Assembly (NCBI GenBank): GCA_051294905.1
Contig: CM119372.1
Location: 7,318,001 to 7,382,000, forward strand
Direction: 5' to 3'
DNA from: Botryllus schlosseri
Taxonomy: Eukaryota
Length of the DNA: 64,000 nt
Both the position numbers and the translations under genes were made by a program. Under the pieces are notes generated by a model. The model was not told the origin of the DNA and made no database searches. It saw only the letters and a list, made by a program, of their open reading frames with translations. Below, in pieces: positions 25,000 through 37,792 of the stretch. How positions within the stretch are numbered: position 1 is the stretch's first letter; each line of letters starts with the position of its first letter.

Positions 25000-27900
25000 T
25001 CCGTTGCTACGATGTCTGAGAAATCTAATAAATTAGGGTAGAAATAACTATTTCCAAGTAAGTTTCACGAAGTCTCGATACGCTATATTTAATCTAAAAA
25101 TATTAATCCCCATAAAACGTACTGGGTACGGGGTTCGAAGCCTGGAATAATAAACGGATCGTGATTGAAAATAGAAGGAGGATCACTGGATAAACGTTTA
25201 TGGAATACTCCGCAATGTAAAATTAGTATGTACTGCACAAAATCCTGAGTGTAAGAGTCTTCACTGCATCGGAATGGTGTAGTTTTCTATCTACTTTACA
25301 AAGTTTATACGATTTTTTTTTTTTTTGCTACGTTCCGGGATAAAATGTAATTTTTCGTGCTTTTTATTTATTTTTAATATAATTAGTATTTATTATACAA
25401 AGACGACGTGTAAAGGTAAAGTACGAATACAAGTACAAGTTGAGATTTCAAAGTGAGTAAGTGGTTATGTTCGATTTTTCAGTAAGTTGTTATGTTTCTA
25501 GGCTACTTTTACTTCTATTTAACGAGTTTTCATACAAATCTGCTTTCTTTAATAACTTTCATCTTTTTCATCAGTGAGCGAAGGTAATAGTGGTGTTGAC
25601 TCCATGGTCAGATTCAAAATAACAGCGACTCAGAGCTCATTTAGATACCTACGCTACTTTAAAATTAGTGCCCGAGTATTTGCTGCAATTATACTGCCAG
25701 ATAGTTATAGCCAGAGGGTCTCGATGGTGACGTACATGTATAATGCACATCTTGGAGAGATTAAGTAAAGCAATGATCTCAGATAAATCCATCAAATTAA
25801 GGTAGAAGTAGCTATTTACGAATAAAAGTTAGTAATCTAGGTCTATATTTCTGTTTAATACTGAAAATTTCATGAAGTTGAAGCAATCTGAAATCATAAA
25901 CACATTAGTATTAGGTATATCTACGCGAAAAGCTACTTTAGTATTCTGATGGAGTGCAAATACTTGTTTACTTATCAACTTTGAAGGCTTGCGCAGTTTG
26001 TGGTGTGATACGCAAAATTAGTGTGTGTTCAAATCAGACCTGTCGTAAACATAGTGATGTCGCATTAGTCCTAAATACACATGATAGAATATCAAGGAAA
26101 AGTATCATCTAACGTATAATGAATGTTATTTATTTCTCGGAAGCAAGTCATTATCAAAACATAGTGATCAAAATTATCGCATAGCAATACCGATTTTGCG
26201 TAAATTCCATTATGCGTCTTACTACGTTACTAGAGATTTTGTAGTTAGTTACGAAATTAGGTGTGCTATCTTCCCAATCGGTATGGAACAACATCAAAAT
26301 CATCACAAAGCAATATCGACTTTTGCATAGGGCTTCTATTTTTTCTTGCAGGGCAACTTTTTTGTAGCCGAAAGCGGTATTATCTAGCAACAAGGTTTAA
26401 ATGACTCGCCTCCGGCGTTAATTGACCGTATTACCCGTATTCTCGTCATGCCAAAATTATGCATGTATTAGTACGAAGCTCAGATGCAGCAAAGTGTGTG
26501 AGACTGCCTGTAAAATGGTGCAGCGACTCTAATTTCCCCGGTCACGATTAGTTTTACTTTTCAACTAACTTGTTGTCTGTCGTTATATTCATTAGACTCG
26601 CTTTCATGCGGCTAATTTGTCCCTATCATTATAACGTCGGTGATCGCGTACCTGCGGCGAAGGTGTTCGTTCAACTAACTTGTTGTCTGTCGTTATATTC
26701 ATTAGACTCGCTAATTACAGTCTTCGCGAACATACATAGTCCGAAATATACAAAAATTATTTCTCGAAAGTTAACGCACTAATATTATCAAGTCGCATTT
26801 CACTAATACAAATATACATAATAGAATATCCAGGAAAATACACATAACAGAATAAGTGGGAATCGAGCCTATAACCTACTGCATAAACCGGGCATAGTCC
26901 ACCGCAAATTATATTATGAGAGAGTTTACATTCTAAATAGCCTGAGGGCCTGCGTATATTTGATCAAACCCTACTACTGGCGTGAGCATCAACACTTAAT
27001 TATGTCCAATATTATATTCATTTATAGTGGAATCAACTTTTGATACTTCAATCGGGGTAACTTTGGGTCAAGAGTGGGGTGGACTCGCAGTCGAGTTACG
27101 TGTGATTTTTAAACACCGATAACGAATAATCCTCGCCTTTCACTGCAGACGTGAATTGATTATAATCGCCCCGTCAGGTGATTTTTCACCATCGTTGACG
27201 CTAAACGCTGACATCGTTAAGGAATTCCTGATATTGATTTTAAAAAGTAACACCTTTATCGTTATCTGAGCGAGTAAAGTCATATAACAACAAGCTGCTT
27301 TCAACTTGGAAAAGTGTCTAAGTTTAAATAAAGTTCAACATAAGTTATAATGTATCTTTTATAAATGATCTGTTCTACAGCATGCTAGGAAAAAAAGTTT
27401 ACGAGATCGAGGCAGTATCATGTCATGGTGAATATATTTCATAAAATCGACTATAGGTATGTGAAATCATTATAATGTCGGTAGGTCAATTGTGTACAGA
27501 CGTTTAAATTTTACATAGACTACACGGCAATGTCCTCTACAGTAAACGAGAATGGGACATTGCACGCTATATGCAGTAAAGATACATTTAACAAGTCAAT
27601 ATAATCGTTAAAATGAGCGCGAAAATTGATATACTGTCAGAAATTTGACACTTGTTTGAATTTCGTAAGGAGCAATTATGTTTTAGATAATTCCTTCGCT
27701 AGCAGTAAAGCGAACGTGAGCGTGAAAGTGAATGTGAATTTTACAAGTCGAGATTAACTAGATTGCACATAACCTTCGGGTTTTAATATTTTCTCGTTAT
27801 AAAATGCATATCAAAATTCTGAACCGCAAAGAAGGTTCTTAAAGTAACCACATTGTGGGCAAAGTGATTTGATTGATGGCTCCCAATGTGAGTGATAGGT

Positions 27901-28049
27901 GCCAGTTGACCTGTGCGAAACGATATCGACAGTAGCGTATAAGACAAAGAAGATGTTTGCGGCGCAGAAAATACGAAAACGATTTCGCAATGAAGTGATT
28001 TCTCAGTGCCATTGTGACATCACAGAATTTGACATCAAAGTGTCATGGG

Positions 28050-28647
28050 AAGGGCAAGTTTTTGCAACTTTTGCAACTTTTCTTTACAATTTCCGGCAGC
28101 TTCCTAAATACTCATAAGTTACGTAGTATGGTATTTTAAGCTGTTTGGGGAATCTTATATTGCAACGTTTTGCAAATTTTCTTCATTTTTTTATGCAACT
28201 TCGTGCAACTTTTGCGATTTTTTATGCAACTAACTTTTTACTGTATATATTTGGCCCTATATGTAAATAGATCGCTTGATTAATTCACTGCCATTTAAAT
28301 TTGAGATCCTTTCTGGTTTGACGTACATCCTGGCCTAGTAGGCCATGCGTACATCCAGGCTAGACCGCCGAAAATTATACTTTTACTGGGTCAATTTTAT
28401 AAGGCTATTGATTTTATTGAAGTGGCCAACATCAAGTTTTGCTACAGTGCCTTGAATACAGAACGATTGGATTATCTCCTACCCTAATAATTTCAAGGAA
28501 CTTGTCCATAAATGCAACTACTTGATGCAACTTTTGTGAAAATTAAACGTATTTTTAGTGCAACTTTTGTGAAAATTAAATGCAACTTTTTACTGTAACT
28601 TTTGTGAAAAAATTTCCGCGGATTTGACTGCAACAAAACTTGCCTTA
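28050..28647. mobile_element. Probable MITE with TGCAACTTTT subterminal arrays
   Basis: Ends AGGGCAAGTTTT / AAAACTTGCCTT and many GCAACTT motifs near both ends. TSD not recognisable. Confidence 0.55.
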
Positions 28648-29223
28648 GTTAAGAGTTAACAACGTCTCTTCGTGTACCAATGTTATAACCAGAACAGAAA
28701 TTACGTGACGCATCGATGTCTATAATAGTGGTTCTTAGCCTTCGCAAACCTGCGGAATACTATACTTACTTACTTACTATAATAATATGCAAGCCTTCAC
28801 GGAACCCCAAATTTTCGATGAGTCACAAATACAAAAATCGACCACAATGCACGCCTATAACCACACATCTGACGCACAAAATGAACTGCGGATCAACAGA
28901 GTGTTCTTGATCGGTGGATAATCTGAGAATTATCATCGAAAATTCACGTAACTCCGCTTCTACTGGTCGGAATTGAGTCAAATTTGTTTTGCATCGTCTT
29001 TGAAGACAGCTCAACAATTTGATGGGGTTGGCAAAATATTTTGAATTTTTTTTTTAATTTTCCCTAATAAATTAATTAATTGGATCTGCGGAGTCCTATA
29101 CTTGTCAGAATTGAACCAAATTTGGTGTGCTGCGTTTTTTAGGGTAACCTGACAATTTGGTCAGTGAATGGCTGGAATCCGGGAAAAAAAGTTATTTTTG
29201 AACGGCCTAAACATGATACGAAC

Positions 29224-29752
29224 TTGGTTTGGTATGAATCCTTCTCATCCAAGGGTAGATAGCGGTATCTTTCCCTGCCGTCATATTCATCCATGGAAAA
29301 CTGTTGATTGTCGAGCCTGGATTGCTGCCATCTCGAATTTCAGAAACTTGAAGAGAATGTTCTTGTGACGAATTCCTCATCGTATTATAGTTCGGTGTCG
29401 GTGTGAATTCTGTGTGCTTTTTATTGGAGATCTCTTGATTTGTTTCTACTTGTGGCAAGCAACATGGATTCGACCCGATTCTGTCTTGCAAATCTAGATT
29501 TGACGAGACGAGATTGCCGTGTCCTGGACGATGGCCGAAATGTTCTGTTGCGAGCAGTGAGTTTGATAGCCAACTGTTCGATCCATATGTGGATTTTTCA
29601 TTCCCCTGTCGAGCATAATCTGAAAAGTTTCCTCCCGGGGTATTGATAAGTGACGAGGATGCTGATGTTTGACTGCTGCTGAAATAATCGCCAATTTCGC
29701 AGTCACGGTATGCATACCGAGGATAATCAGAGTCCGTATTATTGACTGACAT
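29224..29752 (-). CDS. Hox5: Hox gene (PG5-like) exon 1
   Basis: MSVNNTDSDYPRY...SFPWMNMTAGKDTAIYPWMRRIHTKP, with a PG5-like IYPWMRRIH hexapeptide followed by donor A|GTTCGT (phase 1, compatible with the homeobox exon). Start Met is inferred; the ORF stays open further upstream. Confidence 0.85.
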
Positions 29753-31888
29753 TTTCAGCAATAATAATTTGCGCCAATGATGTACATCTCGTTTACATAT
29801 ATGTTGACGATACTCTTCTCGATTAACCCTGCCGCAGTAAAATTTTACCATCAAACACATTGCTCGTTTCCGATACGTCATACTGTACGTGAACTCACAC
29901 AAGATCTTGCGCCTCTGTCAGATCTAATACGTTTTAGCAAGCAAGTATCAAAAGCTTCTCTACTTATACCAGTCGTTATTCAGCTGTGGGCGTCGGGAGC
30001 ATTTTGGACTAATTGGAAAATCATGAGGTCTGTAAAAACTTTAATTTCATCCGTATATTTATTCCAGACATGTTTCTGAATTTTTTTAATTGGTATTTAA
30101 ATAATAATTGATACGAACTCGAATGAACAGAAGCAATAATTTAAAAATCGACCGCCATAGGTAACTGGCAGTCTCCACTGTCTGCTCACTTGTCATTAAG
30201 ATTGTCACAAAGATTTTTGGAATTACTCCAATATTCCCAGCCGGTACCTTACGTAATATTACCAAAGCGGGTATACTGGGCTACGATGATAAACGGAGAG
30301 ACTTGAATACACAGAAAATATAATATGGCATAAGAGGCCCTTCTTTTCCTATGATGAATTAGCGCCAAATATACCTATTGCACAGATCCGATCATTGCAG
30401 GCCAAATTCCCAGGCTCCACTAAGATTTTAACATATATGTGACTTAATTACTACGTTGTTTCCCATTATGCTTGACATGATCCGTATACATTGCCTGCCG
30501 AGTAATCAACTAATCAATACGGAAAGTGAAAGTTAATTACCAGCTCCATTTCGAATACAACTATGTTTAATGATATGTAGGTAAGACATTATCTGGTTCG
30601 CGTCAACGCAAACTTGTGAAAAGTTAGTCGTGAACACGAACGTAAGGCCACCAAGTCTCATGCCAGATACACTGAATCCGAAACCCCTAGGCAACACTAG
30701 ATAAATAACACGGTATATTCAACGGTTTTGTTAGTGGGGCACAGATCCATTATGTCCTCAAGCATAGGTTTGCGACGAGGGTTATGCCCTATTTCTCGGA
30801 CGTCGTACTTCCACTTATAGGCTACCTATGATATAGTGCACCGTGGTACAATGCTGTATTGGAAAAATGCTGTGATGTATCTATCAGCTAACATTCTCAT
30901 TCTGTAAGTTTTAAATTGGCAATGTGGACATGGGGCCTGAAGAGAATTTATTCTTATGATAAATTGTTTTCTCTGTGCTGATATAAGCATTAAGCAATAA
31001 CGAGTATAGAGCGAACTTGAAATTCAGATAACAGTGTCGAAGCTCACGAGTCTCGTTCGCGAGAATGCGTACCTAAGTTCATGCCACCATCCATAACCAA
31101 TACTATACTTCACTTATATTATAGTCTATAGCGCCGCTTGAATCATGAACACAGTATCTCATATTGGTTCTATTTTCATGCTAAATGCATGTAGCCGCGT
31201 ATCCATATATACCTAAGCCTTGTATTCCCTCTTGATAATATTCATAAACAATGCACTGTACGTACGTACATGCAAGTATAGATGGACACGTCGCTCTCCC
31301 ACTATAGAGATGGTTCATCAATACAATATACATACATACATGAACTTCTCTCGACAAACGTTTTGCACTTATATTGGTTGCATTCTAACCTATAAATCTG
31401 CTGTGTTATATCTCATTCGCTAAACCCTTCTCTGCATAAAAGAACCATACAGTAAATCGCAACTTACCTCTGCAAACAATGGAGATAAGAGCGTCAATTC
31501 ATCATCGCGGGATTCTTTGAAATTCCGCGATCTCGATTTATTCATTCTTCAGGATAAAAGTTCGCAACTCCCCGCCCTTGTATTCATGACGCTTTTCGCA
31601 TGGCAGAAAATTGTATCGGTTTTGCTCCTGTACGGTACTGTTTCGTGATTACTCCTCGTAAACTATTGCGATTAAAAACTTACGTTGCATTAGTCACGTG
31701 GGCCTATAACAGAAAAATATTATGGACACCATTAACCATTATTATATATTATCAGAAGGGCGATTATTTTTGACATGTCAAAAAGGTCAAAATTTTGTCA
31801 AAATTGTAATATTTAGGTCGAAAAATTGTCGAAATTGTTAACGAAGTCACGATTTTTTTGCACACTGCATTTCGTTCGTGTCGTAGAG

Positions 31889-32700
31889 CAGTGGTTCTCA
31901 ACCGGGGGTCCGCGGATCCATGGGGGTCCGCGAAGCATTTTTAAGGGGTCCGCGAAAAGTGGTTGATAACCTAATTTGTATTTATTTAAATTAGGCAAAT
32001 CATGAGGAAGTTTCTCTTAATTACGGGTAAAACTCCAGGACTCACATCAACAGACTGGCCGTCAGAGATGAAATATCCTACTATGTGAACTCATTTTAAT
32101 TGCTTAATTGCCAATAGCCTACCGATACAAACATATTGCTGTTTAGAGATGTTTTGTTGAGGATTGTGGAAAAATAAGAAGTTGAAGTAAAAAGGTCAAT
32201 CACGATGACTTCGAAATATTAGCAGACATCCATTTTCTCCGATGATATACACGCCACTATTCCATAATAAATTCAAGATGAGCTACTAAATAAAAATGAC
32301 CAGACTGGACGTTATATGTTCATTAAAAATCTTGTTTTTAATTTTGTTATCATATTTGTTCCAATCTTACTCAAATGTATCGTGAGGAGCGTTGCGCGTT
32401 ATTACCACATTCATCACCACTTGTCTTTGTGGAAATGAAAATAAAAAACTCGTTCATATCTAATCAAAGGCGCAGAAGTTCCAGGCATGACCACGCAGTG
32501 GCGAGACAGTGGATTCTAATCCGACCGAGGTCGATTCCAGAAATACATAAGTGTTGGCAGTTTATCTAGGCCAGTGGTTCTCAACCTTTTTGTCTTCGCG
32601 GACCCCTTTTCGACAGTCATAGACCCCCGCGGACCCCCCAAATTTTCAGTTCAAATTTAGCTCGTGCAATCGTCATCTGTCCTGTGCAAATGATCTGTCT
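31889..32700. mobile_element. Two same-orientation hAT MITE ends (CAGTGGTTCTCAACC at 31889 and ~32573), truncated or rearranged
   Basis: TIR-like starts with GGGTCCGCG/CGCGGACCCC subterminal motifs. Partner ends and TSDs not found. Confidence 0.5.
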
Positions 32701-34044
32701 TGGGCAAATAACTGTAGGCTAGTGATAAACAGCAACAAAATGACTTTTATTGAAAATAACACCATACTATTTATGTAAAAATTGGGTTGACTTTTAATAT
32801 TTCAAAGCGTATTCTGCATCTGCATTTCTTTAAAATCACGGTCGTGTCTTTAAAATCCGCGCCTTCCATTTGATATGAACTAAAGTTCCGAATATCCATT
32901 CCCACAAAGATATGCCATATTTCTATCCCTGTATGGCGGCGATAATCCAGAATTTCGCAATGCAATGATTTCCGGAGGACGGAAATTCTCGGATGGTAAT
33001 ACTAGGGAGGCGCAATTATATTTTACAGTGCAAGATAATGCTTACTGTCTATTGTTGTACTGAAGATGTTTTAAACTTAGGAGGAAAAACTGTTGCGTTC
33101 GTGCATTTATGCTGGTAACCTTTGACGCTGATTTGTGTAGTACTAGTTATTACTATAATTTTCTTCTGTGGCTTGCTTTCGTAGTTATACCTCATGTTTC
33201 CTGATGTGCCAGACTCGTGTCCAACTGATCTCTGACAAAGTAGCTTAATCACAGCGCACTCTCCTGTGTTCGTGATTTCGTGGTTGACTCTGTTGACAAT
33301 GAATTCGTATTTGAAGTTCGTAGCGTATGTCTTACTGTCCTAACAAAGGCATAAAACGTAACACAGACCTTGGCATATGGCGACTGTCGACTGCATCTGC
33401 TGACTCTCTCCTATTCTGTCGCAATAACATTCGCCATAGAAGTCATCTATGGCCTGGGTCATGATTTCTTGATACCAAAAAACAACCCTTTCTTCAACTT
33501 GATTAAATGATTAGTGTTGTATTTTGTTTTGAATAATCTAAATCTTTGCAACGTGTGTTTCGTCTTATCAAACCCGATAATATTTGTAATTCATCTGTGA
33601 TTGACTTTTACGGTTACATGGTGAATCCTCTAAAACAGTGTTTCAGTATTATGTATTTGTGATGATTTCAAGCCAGTGTGCGGTATGAAAATGACGTCCT
33701 GAACTCAAAAGACCCGTCATAGCAAGGTTTTCTAAAGCTGTATACCACTCTAACTGCAAAAAAAGCTACTACTATCCGAAAATATTCGAAACAAAGTTTG
33801 AAATAGAATCCGTGTGCGATCCGATAGACATAAAATTGACTTCGAATCATAAGCGAATCCTTATGATGCTCATCACTAGAGCATTTTTATAACATGTCAA
33901 AAAAAGTCAAAATCAGGTCAAAATTGTAGCGTCAAGTCTGAAAAAGTCAAAATTTTTACAAAGTCAAAAATTTTTTACAACCTGCATTTCGTTTGTATCT
34001 TAGATTCTGCACTGTCGGTGAACCTATCATTTGACATTCTACAG

Positions 34045-35542
34045 CAGGGGTTCTCAACCCGCGGCCCGCAGAGGTTCATTTTGCGGCCCACGGCCTCTTT
34101 CATTATGAACGCAATTACTAATGGCACAGCATTGTTGCATATTAATTTAGCTACTTAGCTCCCTTATCGCACCGTCGCACTCACCAACTCACCTCGCGGT
34201 CCCTTGCACAATAGTGCGTAAGGACTGAAAGACAGGTCATCACTTCGGCTATTTTGTGCGCAGCTCAGATTTTTCTGTGTGTGGCGACTTTGTCAGCCGT
34301 GTGCGGCCGCGCACGCGCGCAGCTTAGAGGGAGCATTGGTCTGGACTCTGGGTTACGATAATACCGCTCTTTAGTATACTTTAAAAGAGTGCTTCACTCA
34401 CCGCGAATGGTTTGAACAGAAGCAGGACCAAGGAACGGCGAAAACTGGGTTTGCAACTCTGCGTGGAACAATGAATTTGCTTTCTGATATATAAATGGAA
34501 AACCTATATCTGTCATATTTGTCGAAGAACAGTTTTTGCAACGAAGCGTAGAAGCTTAAAACGATACCACGAAAGTTTCTTTTAGGTTACATATAGCCTG
34601 CGATCTTGAAAAAAACATTGCTGCCTAGGTGTCAAGCTCAGCAATCCATAGTTCGAGGAACTGTTACAGAGGCATTGGAATATCGCTAAACCCAAGAAAT
34701 CTGCTAGAGAAGGAGTGAATTCAATAATACTTTAACATACTGTGCGAATGTTCGCTGTTTTCGGGACATCACCTAACAAATTGCGAAGCTAAAGTTGTCC
34801 GATTCAACTGTGACCAGAAGAGTAGCCAGTCGACCTTTTATCGCATGTTCTGAAACACGTTGCCGCGTATACTACTTTAGCCTAGCATTGGACGAATCCA
34901 CCGACTTTACAGACATTGCATAGCTAATTTTCTTCGTGCATTTTATCAGAATGGACATATTTGCAGAACAAATGCTGGTAAGGCAAACGTGGGGAGGTGG
35001 CCAGCGAAAAACATCAACTTGACAAAGTTGACTTTTGTAACTATTGGTGGAAGGCTCCAGCCATGGAAGGAAATGACATGGGTTAATTGGTTTGTTCAGA
35101 AATGATCCCGAAACGACAGACTTCTTCTCATATCGCTGGGAGCTCTAAGTGATAACGGCCTCCGAAAAAGTGACCATGATTTTATACTTGCTCGCTCACG
35201 CATGGAAACAGCGCATTCCGTTCTATGGTGGAAAGGTTTCAAGGTGCATATCCTGACTTGGCAATGAATGCAATGCACGCTCCGTGAAATGATTTACTTC
35301 CGACGCTGGAAGATAAATATTCCCACAAAACAGCCATTGCAGACTTACGAACGCTGTCCATTAATGCTTTAGAATGCATAAAAAATGGACTAGGCGCCCG
35401 TATACGACTAATAAGTAGCCTAGGCTCCAGTAGCCTAAATTCGATAGAAGCTCACAAATGCATGGCAAAAATGTTTTGCGGCCCGCAGCGTCTTTTGCTG
35501 GTAAAATGCGGCCCCTTATACATGGGAAGTTGAGAACCCCTG
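34045..35542 (+). mobile_element. Internally deleted Buster/Charlie-type hAT element with transposase remnant
   Basis: TIR CAGGGGTTCTCAAC, perfect TSD TTCTACAG, remnant YFSLALDESTDFTDIA at ~34872-34920. It interrupts a copy of the 9005-9535 family, whose empty site is at ~9110. Confidence 0.9.
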
Positions 35543-37792
35543 TTCTACAGTTTGTAGCCAAATTTATTGGCCTACCGTTGCAAACGGCCCATTGTCTGCT
35601 CCTTGTGCATCATAAACATTCGAATGGAACAAATAGGTTGCCATGATGTTATATTCAACGTACTGCAATATCCTAACTCAAGCAAGATTGCGTGGGCATT
35701 GCATGGTTCTTATATCAAGAAGCGCTTTGTGAAAAATTGTGATGTAGGCTAGACACCATTGTCAGAATGAAGCAACAGGGCGTGTCACCGTAATGTACGC
35801 ACGCACAACTTCAGTATTGTCAGCCGACAACCGCTACTGTTCAACGTAATTTCTCTATTCTTGGCAAGCTACTAAATAAGGACAGACCTTTCTACCCTAG
35901 AATGCAGGACAGTGTCTTTTGTTGTACTACAGCAAATTTCAATTATGTCTACCATATACGGGATGTAAGTACTGGAATTCTTCGTAGTGTCAGATTTCGT
36001 TAAAATAAAGTGTTTTCATGAAAAAAATGTCAGTTTTTGAGTCAAAAAAGTTTTTTTCAGGCCAAACTACTTCGTAAGGACGAACAGTTCGAACCATAAA
36101 TGAAGATAAGTAGTACAATTCTAACATTATGTGGGAAACACCTAATTTGCATACCTTAGGTCGAAAGTTATCATAATTAAGTTTTTTAAGGTCCAAAAAT
36201 GTCAAAATTCTGATTTTTTGGTCACAATCCTCCGTTTTTTAGGTAAAAAAAATCTCCCTACTCATCACAGATGTGAACTATGACGGTAGAAACGAACGGC
36301 CACGAGAAAAACATTGAAACAAGAAGTATAATAATCAACAGTACACAAAAACTACCCATGACGCTTCTAGCAATCCGCATTTCGTCACGATGCGCAATAT
36401 TACAGGAGCCGATCACGTACACAATATAGTTTACTGCTAACCTAAGGAACTAATGCTCACTCTGTATATTTTATCAGTGGTTTTAGCTGCTATAAAAGAC
36501 AGGTAATTGCAGATTAACGACAATTGAAAACCGCCGAACTCGTCGCGTTACTCTTTGAAAAGCTCTCGCGTACCACTAGTCACTCGAGTGCAGTGGTTTT
36601 CAAATTTTTTAGTAGCGCGTACCACCTCGAGGTTCTATGGTTTTGTTGCGCAGCAGTAATTTATAAGAAAAATTATCTTGGCTCCCAATGCATATAGGAT
36701 TACTAACATGACAGGACTAGCAAATAAGTCGGCCCGGAAATTTCGAAAGAAATGCGGCCCACGATCGGGTCCGCGCTGATCATTTATAAATAACACACAC
36801 TAACAAGGCAAAATTTAACGTGATGGTTGCATTTTTTCTTCTCTACAAGCTGATCTAGGCGGAGTTGTTTTTTTTAATCGTATTCATGGTGTTTTTGACT
36901 GCAATGGCCATTTGCATCAGGGCGATATTCTTTATTATGACTCGTATCTGCCGACTTTTAGGACGGCCCACCCACCTCTTATCCGGATCACATGTCGAGG
37001 AGATCAAACTAGGTAACTTAACTTTCACTTATTTAGTTCCAACCGATTAGGTATCCCGACTCATAAAGTATTTAATTATCCGCGAAGACATTTCTTACTC
37101 TAGGAAAAGGTACGTCAACGATTTGTAAAACTGTACTTTCACTTAAAAATATGCATTTTCTCCACACTATCAGACAACTACTACGTCGTTTACCGCGTAC
37201 CATAATAGTGACTGTACCACTGCACTATGATGAGCGAACCACAATTTTTAAGAACTACTGGTACGGAATTGCGATAAAAGTGTACTACCGAGTTTTGCGA
37301 AAATAACATTCAAATAACCTGAAATCACTTCGTAGCTTCCGAAATTGAATGAATCATGAAGACATCTGAGAAGTTATATTTCAACAGAAGCATGTATTAA
37401 TAGTATCGGAAATGCAGTATTGAATGAAGTTGCAAGTTTAACCGGCCCGCGTGGTCGAAAAGGTCGAGAACCCCTGGTCTACATCTGCTTGGACGATGGA
37501 GAAGTAAAGTCAACACAAAAAGGAAACATACGCAAGTAGTGATAGTCAGAGTATCTCTTTACCCTGCATGTTAGTATTCGAGATATGTGCCCGTTGTAAG
37601 CTTACGTATACGCATTTTGTCCGCGTTTACGCCGCAATACTCGTTACACACGTATACTCGACACTAAATCGACAAAGCTGGATATATATGTGCGGTCGTC
37701 GTGCTCTGATGAATCCCGCAGCTTCGGCCCGCAAAGCCCATAACGTAATTTTTCAGTGCATTTTAGTAATGCAATACCTATAGGCTGCTGTG

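Larger units (their letters stand above)
9827..26978. mobile_element. Giant palindromic, non-coding insertion with Polinton/Maverick-type termini (17,152 bp)
   Basis: Ends AGTAGTAGGGTTTG / CAAACCCTACTACT. 6-bp TSD GGCGTG at 9821-9826 and 26979-26984. Arms 9827-19555 and 19599-26978 are reverse complements (mirrored ORF pairs such as 10023-10235/26570-26782 and 16417-16677/22477-22737). No ORF over 90 aa. The palindrome is certain; the Polinton assignment rests on the termini and TSD only. Confidence 0.85.

Noticed and set aside
9827..26978. Palindrome as a fold-back sequencing or assembly artefact
   Set aside because: Unique sequence resumes on both sides with a 6-bp TSD, the Hox exons flank it in a consistent orientation, and one arm has a TSD-bounded insertion and private substitutions. 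Read-level confirmation is still needed.
29753..29902. Upstream extension of the Hox exon-1 ORF
   Set aside because: It begins at a non-ATG codon and its composition is unlike a Hox N-terminus. It is more likely 5' UTR, although upstream ATGs cannot be excluded.
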